36,088 nucleotides of DNA, taken from Chiloscyllium plagiosum (taxonomy: Eukaryota). The number at the start of each line of letters is the position of its first letter. The stretch's first letter is position 1. The notes beneath the pieces were generated by a model, which was not told the origin of the DNA, searched no databases, and saw nothing but the letters and a program-made list of their open reading frames with translations. The stretch is taken from contig NW_025214962.1 of assembly GCF_004010195.1 (NCBI RefSeq), positions 1 through 36,088 on the forward strand, written 5' to 3'. This document shows, piece after piece, positions 1 through 10,695 of this stretch. The translations under genes were made by a program, and so were the position numbers.

Positions 1-302
1 AGAAGCATCTCACGACATTAGTTAAGGTTTGGCTTAATCTCCACTGTCACGATTGAAGAATGTGGTACAGTACTTATTGAAAGTGAGTGGTCACTTTGGG
101 AATAAGGACCCCGAAAGTTGGCACATAAACATTGCCTAAGTCCTCAATGCAAAGCGTAGTAAACTAACTGAAATATCATACATGCTCAATATTAAATAAT
201 TTACTGGCCCCGACTGTACGATCTTGATGGGCAGTACTATAGTTGAATGTAACAGTAGTAGAGACACGAGTTGATTCTCAGAGGTGATCAGCTGGTACAT
301 AC

Positions 303-426
303 CCTCGTCGGGTGCTGCCAGGTTGTCAGGGTCACTATCCACCATGTCACATTCAGTTTCCCCTCCATAAGCGAACTCTAGACCGATTGAGTCGCACTCG
401 CATTCCTCCACCGCCAGCTTGTCCAT
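303..426 (-). CDS. Probable first coding exon of an unidentified host gene (acidic N-terminus MDKLAVEECECDSIGLEFAYGGETECDMVDSDPDNLAAPDE); the gene would continue left of the window
   Basis: ATG at 426 in the context agaATGG. Non-repetitive, CpG-retaining sequence. 41 codons plus 1 nt are followed by a good splice donor G|GTATGT (302-297). The rest of the 136..426 ORF looks like intron read-through. Confidence 0.55.
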
Positions 427-1000
427 TCTATGGCGACTTAATTCCCCGCCAAGCCTTGGTCAGCAAACAACATTACTGTACTGAGCTTTACCGTCACCTG
501 ATACTGAGAAACCATGACGAACTTTCAACTCCTCTTCAGAAAACATCCGGTGTCAGAACCTTGAAATAGAGAGTGTCTTTCTAACAAAGAAATACAGTGG
601 GTCTTGCACACATCATTGCCACTTCACTGACGTTAATCATTTGCAAACAGTTGCGTTTTAAAGCCAACTTTGCCACAGCTGGAGAAAATATTTTAATACA
701 AATCTGACAAAAGTTTATATGTAATATCGCTAAATGTATACAATATGTTCTGTCATGTCTGTTTCTGCGACCTGTTTGGTTTTTTTCTGGGCTAAACTGA
801 AATTATTTCCTTAAACATGAATTTTATCGTCATCATGTTAATACGGAACGGTTGTGTTTCTCTGTTTAAGTGTTGTACGTTTCTCTTTTCAATCCCCGTT
901 GATCAGACTTCTCTTAAAATAAAACCCTCTCAATCAGCTGCGAAGTTCTGTGTTCTTGCCTTCCAAATCCGCTCCGAGAACTCTACACACTCTGATTTCC
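427..1000 (-). promoter_or_regulatory. Putative 5'UTR/promoter of the minus-strand gene
   Basis: Unique sequence with more CpG than the repeat background, a GC-box-like GGCGGGG at ~444-450, and no polypyrimidine acceptor in front of the ATG. Confidence 0.35.
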
Positions 1001-1049
1001 TCCCGCTTTACACAACACCAGGTTATAGTTCAACAGGTTTATATGGAAG

Positions 1050-1084
1050 CACTAGCTTTCGGAACGCTGCTCCTTCATCAGGTG
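1050..1084 (-). ncRNA. Minimal type I hammerhead ribozyme motif in a PLE pseudo-LTR
   Basis: Minus strand reads CAC-CTGATGA-A-GGAG cagcg TTCC-GAAA-GCTA-GTG: CUGANGA and GAAA cores, stem II with one G-U pair, and a short stem I (CAC/GTG). Confidence 0.7.
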
Positions 1085-1115
1085 GTTGTGGAGTTTAAGA
1101 TCTTATGCCTCTAAT

Positions 1116-1428
1116 GGGCGGCACAGTGGCACAGTGGTTAGCACTGCTGCCTCACAGAGTCAGAGACCTGCGTTCAATTCCTGACTCAGGCGACTGACTG
1201 TGTGGAGTTTGCACATTCTCCCCGTGTCTGCGTGGGTTTCCTCCGGGTGCTCCGGTTTCCTCCCACAGTCCAAAGATGTGCAGGTCAGGTGAATTGGCCA
1301 TGCTAAATTGCCCGTAGTGTTACGTAAAGGGGTAAATGTAGGGTAATGGGTGGGTTGCGCTTCGGCGGGTAGGTGTGGACTTGTTGGACCGAAGGGCCTG
1401 TTTCCACACTGTAAGTAATCTAATCTAA
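1116..1428 (+). mobile_element. HE1-type tRNA-derived V-SINE
   Basis: A box (TGGCACAGTGGTTAG), B box (GTTCAATTCC), V-domain (tgtgtggagtttgcacattctccccgtgtctgcgtgggtttcctccgggtgctccggtttcctccc), CR1-like tail ending in TAATC repeats. Confidence 0.93.
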
Positions 1429-1494
1429 CCTGGCGTTGTGTGATTTTTAACTTTGTACACTCCAGTCCAACACCGGAACCTCCAAATCATGACA

Positions 1495-1940
1495 GATAAC
1501 ATTCTGTATGACTATGACACGGATAAACTTTGCCTTCTCGTCCTCTTGACCTGTCTGCATCCTTTGATACAATTGACCAAACAAGCCCCCTCCAAAACTG
1601 CCTTATAGTGGCTTCTCTTTCATCCACACCGATACCTCCAGTGAATCCCAAGAATTTATCCTTGGAGTGCTCATCCACTTGCTGTTCCTTGGCAACGTTG
1701 TCCAGGGACACTTCACCGTTTTTATATTTATGCTGATCATACCCAGCTCTTTCCACTTGTTCATTGTTGCACCTGGTCCAAATTTTAGTTCCCTTGATAC
1801 CAACTCCACCATTTTCCAGGCAACAGGTTGAGATTAAATAGATCTGTTCTCAAGCATTACATTTGATGTCACCTCTGAGTCGTACCAATACTAAGTCTGC
1901 CATTTCTATCTCTGTAACATCGCTCAACTTTGCCCCTGAA
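1495..1940 (+). mobile_element. L2-clade LINE RT fragments (~1495-1600 and ~1860-1940) separated by unassigned sequence
   Basis: Translates to LLVLLDLSASFDTID (L2 motif LLDLSAAFDTIDH) and TKSA/FYLCNIAQLCP (L2 motif TKTAFFHLRNIA). Confidence 0.6.
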
Positions 1941-1949
1941 ATAACTCCA

Positions 1950-2172
1950 CATAGGCCGATGTCCCATCACCAAGTCACCCTTTATTCACACATTAAAAAG
2001 TCCTTGACATTGATCCAGCTTCCTTACAGTCAGCTCTCAGAGTGAACAGAACTTCTGACACCAATGTTTATTTCTGTCAGCCAGAGCTCCTTGATTGGAC
2101 CACATTAACAGCTCCACTCAGGGAACTCATATTCTATGAGGTCCACCTGGCTGACCTTGTTACAATCATTAC
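1950..2172 (-). repeat. 3' LTR of the Gypsy element (left boundary approximate)
   Basis: Preceded on the minus strand by the polypurine tract AGAGGGGAAGGGAAG (~2186-2172); AATAAA at 1986-1981. Confidence 0.6.
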
Positions 2173-5100
2173 TTCCCTTCCCCTCTGAGTCGAAGGATAT
2201 AGGCTGTTTGTTTTGTAGCTCCTCCTGGGGCATTTTAGCATTGGGTCAGGTTCCTCCAACTCTACTTCTGATATGGGTGGCATGTATCGTACAGTAGCTC
2301 GCCTCTTGTGCCCAGAGCATCTTGGAAGAAATTCATTATCCTCTTCAAAGGCATTGACATCCAGTCTGTCCATCTCAGATTCCAAGCTATCTGCAATACG
2401 AGACGGAGAGGGAAAACTCAAGGGTTCTGGAACAGTCAGAAATGTAATCAAGGAGCTGGGCACAAGTTGCTCCCGCATTGTTTGCAGCTTTCATATGGTC
2501 AATGTGCTTGTCACACCCACCTGATCTGTATGTGTCACTAGACCTAAACTCGCGTTGACCATGCCTCTTACTCATGAAGGGCCATACCTGTGGTTCATGC
2601 ACCAAACTGAAGCAAACTCTCTCTCTTGCTTAGCAAAGTCTTGCATCCAGCATTGTCATTTCACCCTCCCTCTCCCCCAGGTCTGGGGAGATCAGATTTA
2701 ACCTGGTGCAGCTTCTTCTTGCATTAACAGTTTGGTATCTAGTGAAGCTTAACTGTTTCTTTAAGCCTGCCTTCAAAATTTGGACTACTCTTTTGCCAGA
2801 CCATTAGATATTGGATGGTATGGAGCTGTCCTTAGGTATTGAACATCATTTGAATTTAGGAAATACTCAAATTCCTTGCTGATAAACAATGGCCCATTGA
2901 TCAATACTTCCAAGATGCACACAGTTTTTCTATTGTCACCTCCACGATTGATGAATGAACACATCCAGCCATTTTGAGTGGGTATCCATTTGACTAAGAA
3001 CATTGAGCCCACTGAAAAGATCTGCATAGTCAACGTGTAACCGTGTCCAGGGTTTACCCGCCCATTCCCACGAATGTGAGAGAACTGCAAATGCTAATTT
3101 TTGTCCTGGGTCACTGCCCCACCAACACAGCAATGTCTGCAACCAATCCTGGCCACCAGACATAATTTCCCACCAATATCTTTTGTTTTGGAAACTCCTG
3201 GATTGGGTTGGTCGAGATCAGCCAGTACCTGGCAACGACCTTTGCTCAGGACGATCACCTCTTCGTCCTCTACTGTGATCTGGTCTCTCTGGGTCCGAAA
3301 ACATTTTAATTCTGGTTATGATGGCCGTTTGGTTTCCCCCCTCACCACCAGCTGTTTCAGTTTTTCTAGGACCGGATCTCGCCCAAAATCTGATGTTGTC
3401 AGTTGTGACTGGAAGTGTGTCCAGAAAACTTAAAACCATTGCAGACTCCTCCAGTGGCGGTATCACTGCTGGCTTATCTGATGACAGGAGGTGGCTGAAT
3501 TTATCTGCATTTGCTGCTTGGCCTCTGGATGGTATTCCAGCTTGTAATTATATGCACTTAGTATTCAAACCTCCTGTTGAATTCAGCCTGAGCTGTTGGC
3601 GGCACTGCCTTGTCCTCTTTAAGTAGACCTATCAGGGGTTTGTGGTCTGTTATTATTGCAAATTTACATCCAATAAAGATATTGGTGGAATTCCTGACTC
3701 CAAATATGACTGTCAAACTTTCCTTCCGTAGCTGGGCGTATTTTTGCTCTGCATTAGCCAAAGTACTGGATGCATACGCAATTGGGCATTCCTCTCCATT
3801 GGGCTATTAATGAGGTAGGACTACCCCAATGCCATATGGGAAGGCATTGCATGTTAACACCAGATCGTGTTGGGGACCACTTGAGAGGATGATAGCTGTT
3901 TCTTCATTTCTCTGAAAGCTATGACTTGGCTCCATGATCATTTCCAAGGTTGACCGTTTTTTAAGAGTTGCCAGGAATAAGGCCAGGTTATGTATGATCT
4001 TTACATAATAGTTCACCAGTCCAAGGAAAGGCGTAAGCTCCGGTGCAGATATGGTAGCCAGGGCACTTTTGTTTGCCCTCACCTTATTTCCAACAGATGT
4101 AACCCAGTCTTGTTAACTCTGTAGACCAAGTAGGTCGCTTGGGTTGCCTGGAACACATTTTTCCCTTCCATGGCATACGCCCGCCAGGGAGAAATGTCTA
4201 AGGACTATGTCTAAGTTCTTTAAGTGCTCCTTATTGGTCCTCCCTGTTATTAGTACATCAAGTAGATAAATGGCAGTCCTTGTAAATGTTTTCCATTGTC
4301 TGCTGAAAAATTGCACAACCTGACAATACCCCAAATGACAGTCTCGTATATTGGTACAAATCCATATGGGTATTGAAGTAAATCCTCATCTAACAGCAAT
4401 TGCAATTATGTATGGCTCATGTATAGCTTCGTAAAGGACACACACACACACTAATCCTTGTGTCTAAATCCTCTATGCGGGGGATTGGGTATTTATCCAG
4501 CTGTGAAAAGCAATTTACTGTTTATTTAAATTCCTCATGTAGGTGAATCAACCTGTTGGGCTTAACAATCAGTATAACTGGTGCTTTCCATTCTGAAAAC
4601 TGATCTGATGATTCCTTCACTTTCCAGCCTTCTGATTTCTGTCTCTACACTAGGCAGGCTTTGCAGAATCATGGAATTGCTTCTTGGTCAACATGCAAAG
4701 TGGCCATGTCTCCTTTGATAGTCTGCAGACTTCCTGAAAAACTTCCAGGTATTTACTTTAGGCTTCAGTCAGGAAACCATTTTCTAACTGAAAAATATTG
4801 AGCTAATCTAGGTGAATCATTCTCAACAATTTCGCCCTATCAAGCTTGGACCCGAGCCTTTTACTACAATCAGCAGCAATTGAACCAGCAGCTTCTCATA
4901 AGAGACCAGAACCAAAATTGTACTCTTAATCTGTAATGGTTCTCTGGTATAGGTTCTCAGTCTAGCTGAGGTCTTGCACAAACGTAAGGGTTGGAGTTCA
5001 AAACGAATATTGTCACAGGCTGATTCTGCAATCACTGAAATGGCCTCCATTAGAACTGGTTGACCATTTAATCTGACGTTTATTTTCTTTGGTTCTGATT

Positions 5101-5480
5101 TGGATGTTGCTAAGCAATTTAACTGTTCCAAACGAGATGTGGATGGATTTTGCAGGGTGTGCACTCTTCTGGATACTGGCCTATGAATTCTCTTATTCAA
5201 TTGAGGTCTAGTGCGATACTCTTGCTGTCTCAAATTCGCATTCCAGCAGCAACTGCAACGGGTTGCTGGCCTTGATCCTGAAGAAAGTTTTAACCGTTTG
5301 TTTGGGGTTTGTATTTGTTTTGGGGCTTTGCTGTCCACTGATCTAGAGTCCCTCTGTTCGGGATATGTCCTGAGTGAGTCTATGCAATTGCTTCACTCAA
5401 GAGGTGTTCCCCAAGCTCAGTCGGACTGGCAAGGGTGTCCATTTCCATTGGAATGTAGCAAACCATCAAAAGTGTAATGG
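1950..5480 (-). mobile_element. Decayed, 5'-truncated Ty3/Gypsy LTR retrotransposon (gag end-PR-RT-RNaseH-IN plus 3' LTR)
   Basis: Frameshifted motifs in Gypsy order: protease INVRLNGQPVLME, RT IYLLDVLITG..EHLKNL, RNase H LTCNAFPYGIGVVL / AEQKYAQL / IITDHKPLIGLL, integrase WEWAGKPWTRLHVDYA / DTHSKWLDV / TAPYHPISNGLA. Confidence 0.92.
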
Positions 5481-5489
5481 AAGTAATGG

Positions 5490-6350
5490 AGAGAAGGAAG
5501 GGGCTAATTCAAAATGAAATTGGAGGGGAAAATAAAGAACTGAATCCCCCATGGTGTCCACCTCTTTCTAAAGGCATCGAGAGCTACAGAATGATTAGAT
5601 TAGATTAGATTAGATTACATTACATTACAGCGTGGAAACAGGCCCTTCGGCCCAACAAGTCCACACCGACCCGCCGAAGCGCAACCCACCCATGCCCCTG
5701 CATTTACCCCTTACCTAACACTACAGGCAATTTAGCATGGCCAATTCACCTGACCTGAACATCTTTGGACTGTGGGAGGAAACCGGAGCACCCGGAGGAA
5801 ACCCACGCAGACACGGGGAGAACGTGCAAACTCCACACAGTCAGTCGCCTGAGGCGGGAATTGAACCCGGGTCTCAGGCGCTGCGAGGCAGCAGTGCTAA
5901 CCACTGTGCCACCGTGCCACCCACCTCATTGATTGACACTACATACTCCTTCTCCAAGGGCACCAAGGAATGAAATAAAACCATGGAAGGGGGCAGACAG
6001 TGGGTAGAGATAGCCCCCTCCACAGTCCCACTGTCTGAACCTGTTTATAGCCAATCTGGCCAGGCGTAGGAGCAAACATTCAAGGAGATCCTCCGATCTC
6101 CCACACCCCTCCGCACGGGTGTCTGAAGATCGGGAGCAAGAGGTTGAAATGCAACCAAAAACACAACAAAAGGTTTTTCAAATAATTAAAAAGGGGTTGC
6201 AAATACCCAAAACCAACATATACATAGTCCATGGACTCCACAGTGCTGCCAAATAAACAGTTAGGCTTGGGGGTCCATGAACAACCACCATCTTTGGTTA
6301 TTTGGAACTGCTGTGCGCAACACCTCCATCTCAGGTCCTGAAGTGAAAAA
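5490..6350 (-). mobile_element. Tx1/L1-clade non-LTR retrotransposon 3' fragment, interrupted by HE1
   Basis: Degenerate C-terminal Zn-knuckle region PNCLFGSTVESMDYVYVGFGYLQPLFNYLKNLLLCFWLHF, typical of the Tx1-like ORF2 end. Confidence 0.65.
5595..5923 (-). mobile_element. HE1-type V-SINE
   Basis: Reverse complement of 1116-1428, with a (GATTA)n tail at 5595-5625. Confidence 0.93.
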
Positions 6351-6369
6351 GGGAGGATTCCTGTGTAGA

Positions 6370-6693
6370 GAGGCACAGTGGCTCAGTGGTTAACACTGTA
6401 GTTTCAAAGTGCCAGGGACCCGGATTCGATTCCAGCCTCAGGCAACTGTCTGTCTGGAGTTTGCTCATTCTCCCTGTGTCTGTGTGGGTTTCCTCTGGGT
6501 GCTCTGGTTTCCTCCCACAGTCCAATGATGTGCATGTCAGGTGAATTGGCCATGCTAAATCGCCCATAGTGTTAGGTACATTAGTCAGGTGTAAATATAG
6601 GGTAGGGGAATGGTCTGGTGGGTTACTCTTCGGAGGGTCAGTGTGGGCTGAAGGGCCTGTTTCCATACTGTAGGGAATTTACTCTAACCTAAT
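6370..6693 (+). mobile_element. HE1-type V-SINE (more diverged subfamily)
   Basis: A and B boxes, V-domain, and tail gaagggcctgtttccatactgtaggg. Confidence 0.9.
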
Positions 6694-6832
6694 CACTGTA
6701 GATCCTTGCTGTCTGGCAGTAAATAAACATGTGACAGTGTGTTGATGGCGGACATAAGAATCAAGGTGGATGGTGCGCAGCAGGGGTCTATACAAAAAAA
6801 TGCCTCTTTGTGGGGCACAAAATGCCTCTTTG

Positions 6833-7201
6833 TGGGCGGCATGGTGGCACAGTGGGTGGCATGGTGGCATAGTGGGTGGCATGGTGGCACAGTGGTTAGC
6901 ACTGCTGCCTCACAGCGCCAGAGACCCGGCTTCAATTCCCGACTCAGGCGACTAACTGTGTGGAGTTTGCACATTCTCCCCGTGTCTGCGTGGGTTTCCT
7001 CCGGGTGCTCCGGTTTCCTCCCACAGTCCAAAGATGTGCAGGTCAGGTGAATTGGCCATGCTAAATTGCCCGTAGTGTTAGGTCAAGGGGTAAAATGTAG
7101 GGGAATGGGTGGGTTGCGCTTCGGCGGGTCGGTGTGGACTTGTTGGGCCGAAGGGCCTGTTTCCACACTGTAAGTAATCTAATCTAATCTAATCTAATCT
7201 A
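6833..7201 (+). mobile_element. HE1-type V-SINE with a triplicated 20-bp head
   Basis: Body nearly identical to the other young copies; (TAATC)n tail; three tandem TGGGYGGCATGGTGGCAYAG units at 6833-6892. Confidence 0.93.
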
Positions 7202-7318
7202 AAATATACACGACACATATTCAAGATATGGTTCAGCTTATGGGGTACAGGCTCCTGACTGAGGTTCAGGACTCTGGGGCCAATGTGAAATTCCATATGA
7301 GGAGGGCTACACACAGAT

Positions 7319-7853
7319 GGGATTCATTCACATACCTGCACATCCTCCAACTGGTACACGACAGCAGGTCTGAGCCCTGCCATTTACAGGCAACAGAAGA
7401 TCTTCAGTTGAACATTCTCCCAACTGAGCTATTTCAACTGGGAACACCAGTCGAGTTAGATATTTTCCTAATCAACCTATTCACACATGCGATTACATAT
7501 TTTTATTGGGCAGGGCTTGAACCACTACACTACTCACATCTACCCACTACTCACATCAGAGGTATGACACAATACGAGAATCCTTCAGAAGGCCTACTGG
7601 GGCAAATTATTTAAATGGAGGGATCTGGGTGTCATTGTGCAAGAATCACAGAAAGTTGGTATGTAGGTGCAGCATATAATGAGAAAAGCAAATGGAATCC
7701 TGGCTTTTATTGCAAATATCTAACGACTGGTGTTCCCAGTTAAAATAGCTCAGTTGGGAGAATGTTCAACTGAAGATCTTCTATTGCCTGTAAATGGCAG
7801 GGCTCAGACCTGCTGTCGTGTACCAGTTGGAGGATGTGCAGGTATGTGAATCC
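7319..7853. repeat. Near-perfect ~140-bp inverted repeat (7319-7465 / 7714-7853)
   Basis: Direct reverse-complement comparison shows about 2 substitutions and 2 small indels; spacer ~250 bp. Confidence 0.92.
7398..7438 (-). pseudogene. tRNA-Phe(GAA)-derived 5' half; duplicate copy at 7739-7779 on the plus strand
   Basis: GTTGAAATAGCTCAGTTGGGAGAATGTTCAACTGAAGATCT versus vertebrate tRNA-Phe GCCGAAATAGCTCAGTTGGGAGAGCGTTAGACTGAAGATCT (recalled): 35/41 identical. No T-arm or B box follows. Confidence 0.7.
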
Positions 7854-8540
7854 AGCTTTGGTCTCTACTTGAGGAAGAATGTGGGGCACTGGAGGCAATT
7901 CAGAGGAAGTTCACCAGATTGATTCCAGGGATGAAAGGGCAGTGGTACAAGGAGTGGTTGAATAGCTTAGGCTTATACTGATTGGAGATCAGAAGAATGA
8001 GGGGGTTATCTGATTGAGGAATGGACAGTGTTAAAGGGGATTGATAGGGTGGGCACTGAACAGATGCTGCCCCTTGTGGGACAGTCTCAAACAAGAGACC
8101 ATAGATATACAGTTGGTTCTGCTATAATATGATAGTTCCATTCTCATGCAACCCAGTGTTAAAAGCAAAATTGCATAATAGCAGCACCATTTAAAGTACT
8201 AGGACCAGCTTTGTGTTATAGCAAATATATGCATTAAAAGTTTGCGTTATAGAAACAGTGTCCCCAATTCATCAATCGTGTTAAAGCAAATTCGCATTAA
8301 CAAAACATGCATTATAGCAGAATGACCTGTCGAGTGAGAGGGGGTCTGAGATCTCATGAAACTACTTCTCTCAGTGGATTGTGAATCTATGGAACTCACT
8401 GCCCCAGAGTGCAGTGGAGGCAGCACCAATTAGGAGATTCAAGAAAAAAATGGATATGTTTCTGATGAAAAGCAGGATAAAGGACTATGGGGAGCAGGCA
8501 GGAAAGTGAAGTTGAGATCAGGATAAGATCAGCCATGATC
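7615..8540 (+). mobile_element. Old CR1-clade LINE 3' fragment with nested insertions; its tail resumes at ~10292-10340
   Basis: DLGVIVQESQKV..RKANGILAFIA and ALEAIQRKFTRLIPGMKG; tail gatcagccatgatc ... ggctgaattgcctactcc. Confidence 0.8.
8110..8329. mobile_element. Tc1/mariner (pogo/Tigger-like) MITE
   Basis: Terminal inverted repeats CAGTTGGTTCTGCTATAAT / ATTATAGCAGAATGACCTG; TA on the left and TC (probably mutated TA) on the right; nested in CR1. Confidence 0.75.
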
Positions 8541-8695
8541 ATAGAGTCATAGAGATGTACAGCACGGAAACAAACCCTTCAGTCCAACCCGTCCATGCCG
8601 ACCAGATATTCCAATCCAATCTAGTCCCACCTGTCAGCACCCGGCCCATATTCCTCCAAACCCTTCCTATTCATATACCCAGATGTCTTTTAAAT
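8540..8695 (-). mobile_element. CR1/HER1-type LINE 3' terminus
   Basis: Matches the tails at 18260 and 33190 (..gctgtacatctctatgactctat). Confidence 0.9.
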
Positions 8696-10290
8696 CAGGT
8701 ATAGACAGGATAGATCAAGTGAATCCTTAGAACAGTATAAAGGCAGTAGGAGTATACTGAAGAAGGAAATCAGGAGGGCAAAAAGGGGACAGGAGATAGC
8801 TTTGGCAAATAGAGTTAAGGAGAATCCAAAGGGTTTTTACAAATACATTAAGGACAAAAGGGTAACTAGGGAAAGAATAGGGCACCTCAAAGATCAGCAG
8901 GGCGGCCTTTGTGTAGAACCACAGGAGATGGGAGAGATATTAAATGAGTATTTTGCATCAGTATTTACTGTGGAAAAGGACATGGAAGATACTGAATGCA
9001 GGGAAATAAATGGTGACATCTTGAAAAATTTCCATATTGCAGAGGAGGAAGTGCTGGATGTCTTGAAATACATAAAATTGGATAAATCCTCAGGACCTGA
9101 TCAGGTGTACCCTAGAACTTTGTGGGAAGCTAGGGAAGTGATTTCTGGGCCGCTTGCTGAGATATTTGTATCATCGATAGTCACAGGTGAAGTGCCGGAA
9201 GACTGGAGCTTGGCTAACATCGTGCCACTGTTTAAGAAAAGTGGTATGGACAAGCCAGGGAACTATAGACCGGTGAGCTTGACGTCGGTGGTGGGCAAGT
9301 TGTTGGAGGGAACCTGAGGGACAGGATGTACATGTATTGGGAAAGGCAAGGACTGATTAGGGATAGTCAGCGTGGCTTTGTGCGTGGGAAATCATGTCTC
9401 ACAAACTTGATTCAGTTTTTTGAGGAAGTAACAAAGAGGATTGATGAGGGCAGAGTGGTAGACGTGATCTATATGGACTTCCGTAAGGGGGCGGACAAGG
9501 TTCCTCATGGGAGACTGTTTAGCAAGGTTAGATCTCATGGAATACGGGGAGAACTAGCCATTTGGATACAGAACTGGCTCAAAGATAGGCAACAGAGGGT
9601 GGTGGTGGAGGGTTGTTTTTCAGACTGGAGGCCTGTGACCAGTGGAGTGCCACAAGGATCGGTGCTGGGTCCTCTACTTTTTGTCATTTACATAAGTGAT
9701 TTGGATGTGAGCATAAGAGGTATAGTTAGTAAATTTGCAGATGACACCAAAATTGAAGGTGTAGTGGACAGCGAAGAGGGTTACCTCAGATTACGACCGG
9801 ATCTGCACCAGATGGGCCAATGGGCTGAGAAGTGGCAGATGGAGTTTAATTCAGATAAATGTGAGGTGCTGCATTTTGGGAAAGCAAATCTTAGCAGGAC
9901 TGATACACTTAATGGTAAAGTCCTAGGGAGTGTTGCTGAACAAAGAGACCTTGGACTGTAGATTCATAGCTCCTTGAAAGTAGAGTCGTAGGTAGATAGG
10001 ATAGTGAAGAATACATTTATGCTTTCCTTTATTGAGTATTGAGTACAGGGGCCAGGACGTCATGTTGTGGCTGTACAGGACATTGGTTAGGCCACTTTTG
10101 GAATATTGCGTGCAATTCTGGTCTCCTTCCTATTGGAAAGGTGTTGTGAAACTTGAAAGGGTTCAGAAAAGATTTGCAAGAATGTTGCCAGGGTTGGATG
10201 ATTTGAACTATAGGGAGAGGCTGAACAGGCTGGGGCTGTTTTCCCTGGAGCATTGGAGGCTGTGAGGTGACCTTATGTAGGTTTATAAAA
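8696..10290 (+). mobile_element. CR1/HER1-type LINE ORF2 fragment including the RT domain, with frameshifts and stops
   Basis: ENPKGFYKYI, PGNYRPVSLTSVVGKLLE, GKSCLTNL, VTSGVPQGSVLGPLLF, KFADDTK, LYRTLVRPLLEYCVQFWSP. Confidence 0.95.
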
Positions 10291-10449
10291 TACTCATTTA
10301 TTATCAATGGCTGAATTGCCTACTCCCAATGCTCCTCCTGCACTTTGTTTTCCTATCCAAGTATTAACCAGGCCTGAGTCTGTTTAGCTTGTGAGATCAG
10401 ATGTTTTTCAACTAATCTGGCTGTAGGCCTAGTTGAGTTGGACATTTGT

Positions 10450-10695
10450 AATTTACCTGCTCAGACATGTTACTACACACCTCTGGAGTAGATGGGACTT
10501 GAACCCAGACCTTCTAGCTCAGAGAGAGGGACATTCCGACTATGCCACAAGAGCCCTTTTATTAGTTGAATTAAGTATTTTCTAATCCACCTGCTCAGAA
10601 ATGTTACTACATGTTTTTGGAGCAGGTGGAACTTAAACTGAGGCCTCTTAGTCTACGTCACTACATGATTAGAGCCCTTTTACTAGTTGAATTAG
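10450..10695 (-). mobile_element. Two tandem degenerate tRNA-derived SINE-like units (~125 bp period)
   Basis: Minus strand gggctcttgtggcatagt..(A box)..gggttcaagtccc (B box)..gtagtaacatgtctgagcaggt, repeated twice with the shared flank ttcaactartaaaagggctc. A related diverged unit lies at ~7465-7580. Confidence 0.6.

Larger units (their letters stand above)
1008..1490. mobile_element. Penelope-like pseudo-LTR remnant (inverted arms), split by an HE1 SINE
   Basis: cacaacaccaggtt at ~1010 is mirrored by aacctggcgttgtgtg at ~1427. Same family as 10915-11135. Contains a hammerhead core. Confidence 0.7.

Noticed and set aside
1600..1860. Minus-strand ORFs as an upstream exon of the 426 gene
   Set aside because: Embedded between L2 fragments, with no convincing splice sites or recognisable product.
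5737..7050. ORFs such as CGRKPEHPEETHADTGR and VWSLHILPVSAWVSSGCSG
   Set aside because: Spurious translations of HE1 SINE sequence that recur in every copy.
7228..7614. 128-aa ORF
   Set aside because: Runs antisense through tRNA- and SINE-derived sequence with no recognisable domain.
7739..7812. Functional tRNA-Phe gene
   Set aside because: Similarity stops after the anticodon loop; there is no T-arm/B box or acceptor-stem partner, and the D and anticodon stems are mutated.
8802..9961. Intact reverse transcriptase gene
   Set aside because: Broken by a frameshift near 9315 and a stop at 9961, and 5'-truncated; a dead CR1 copy.
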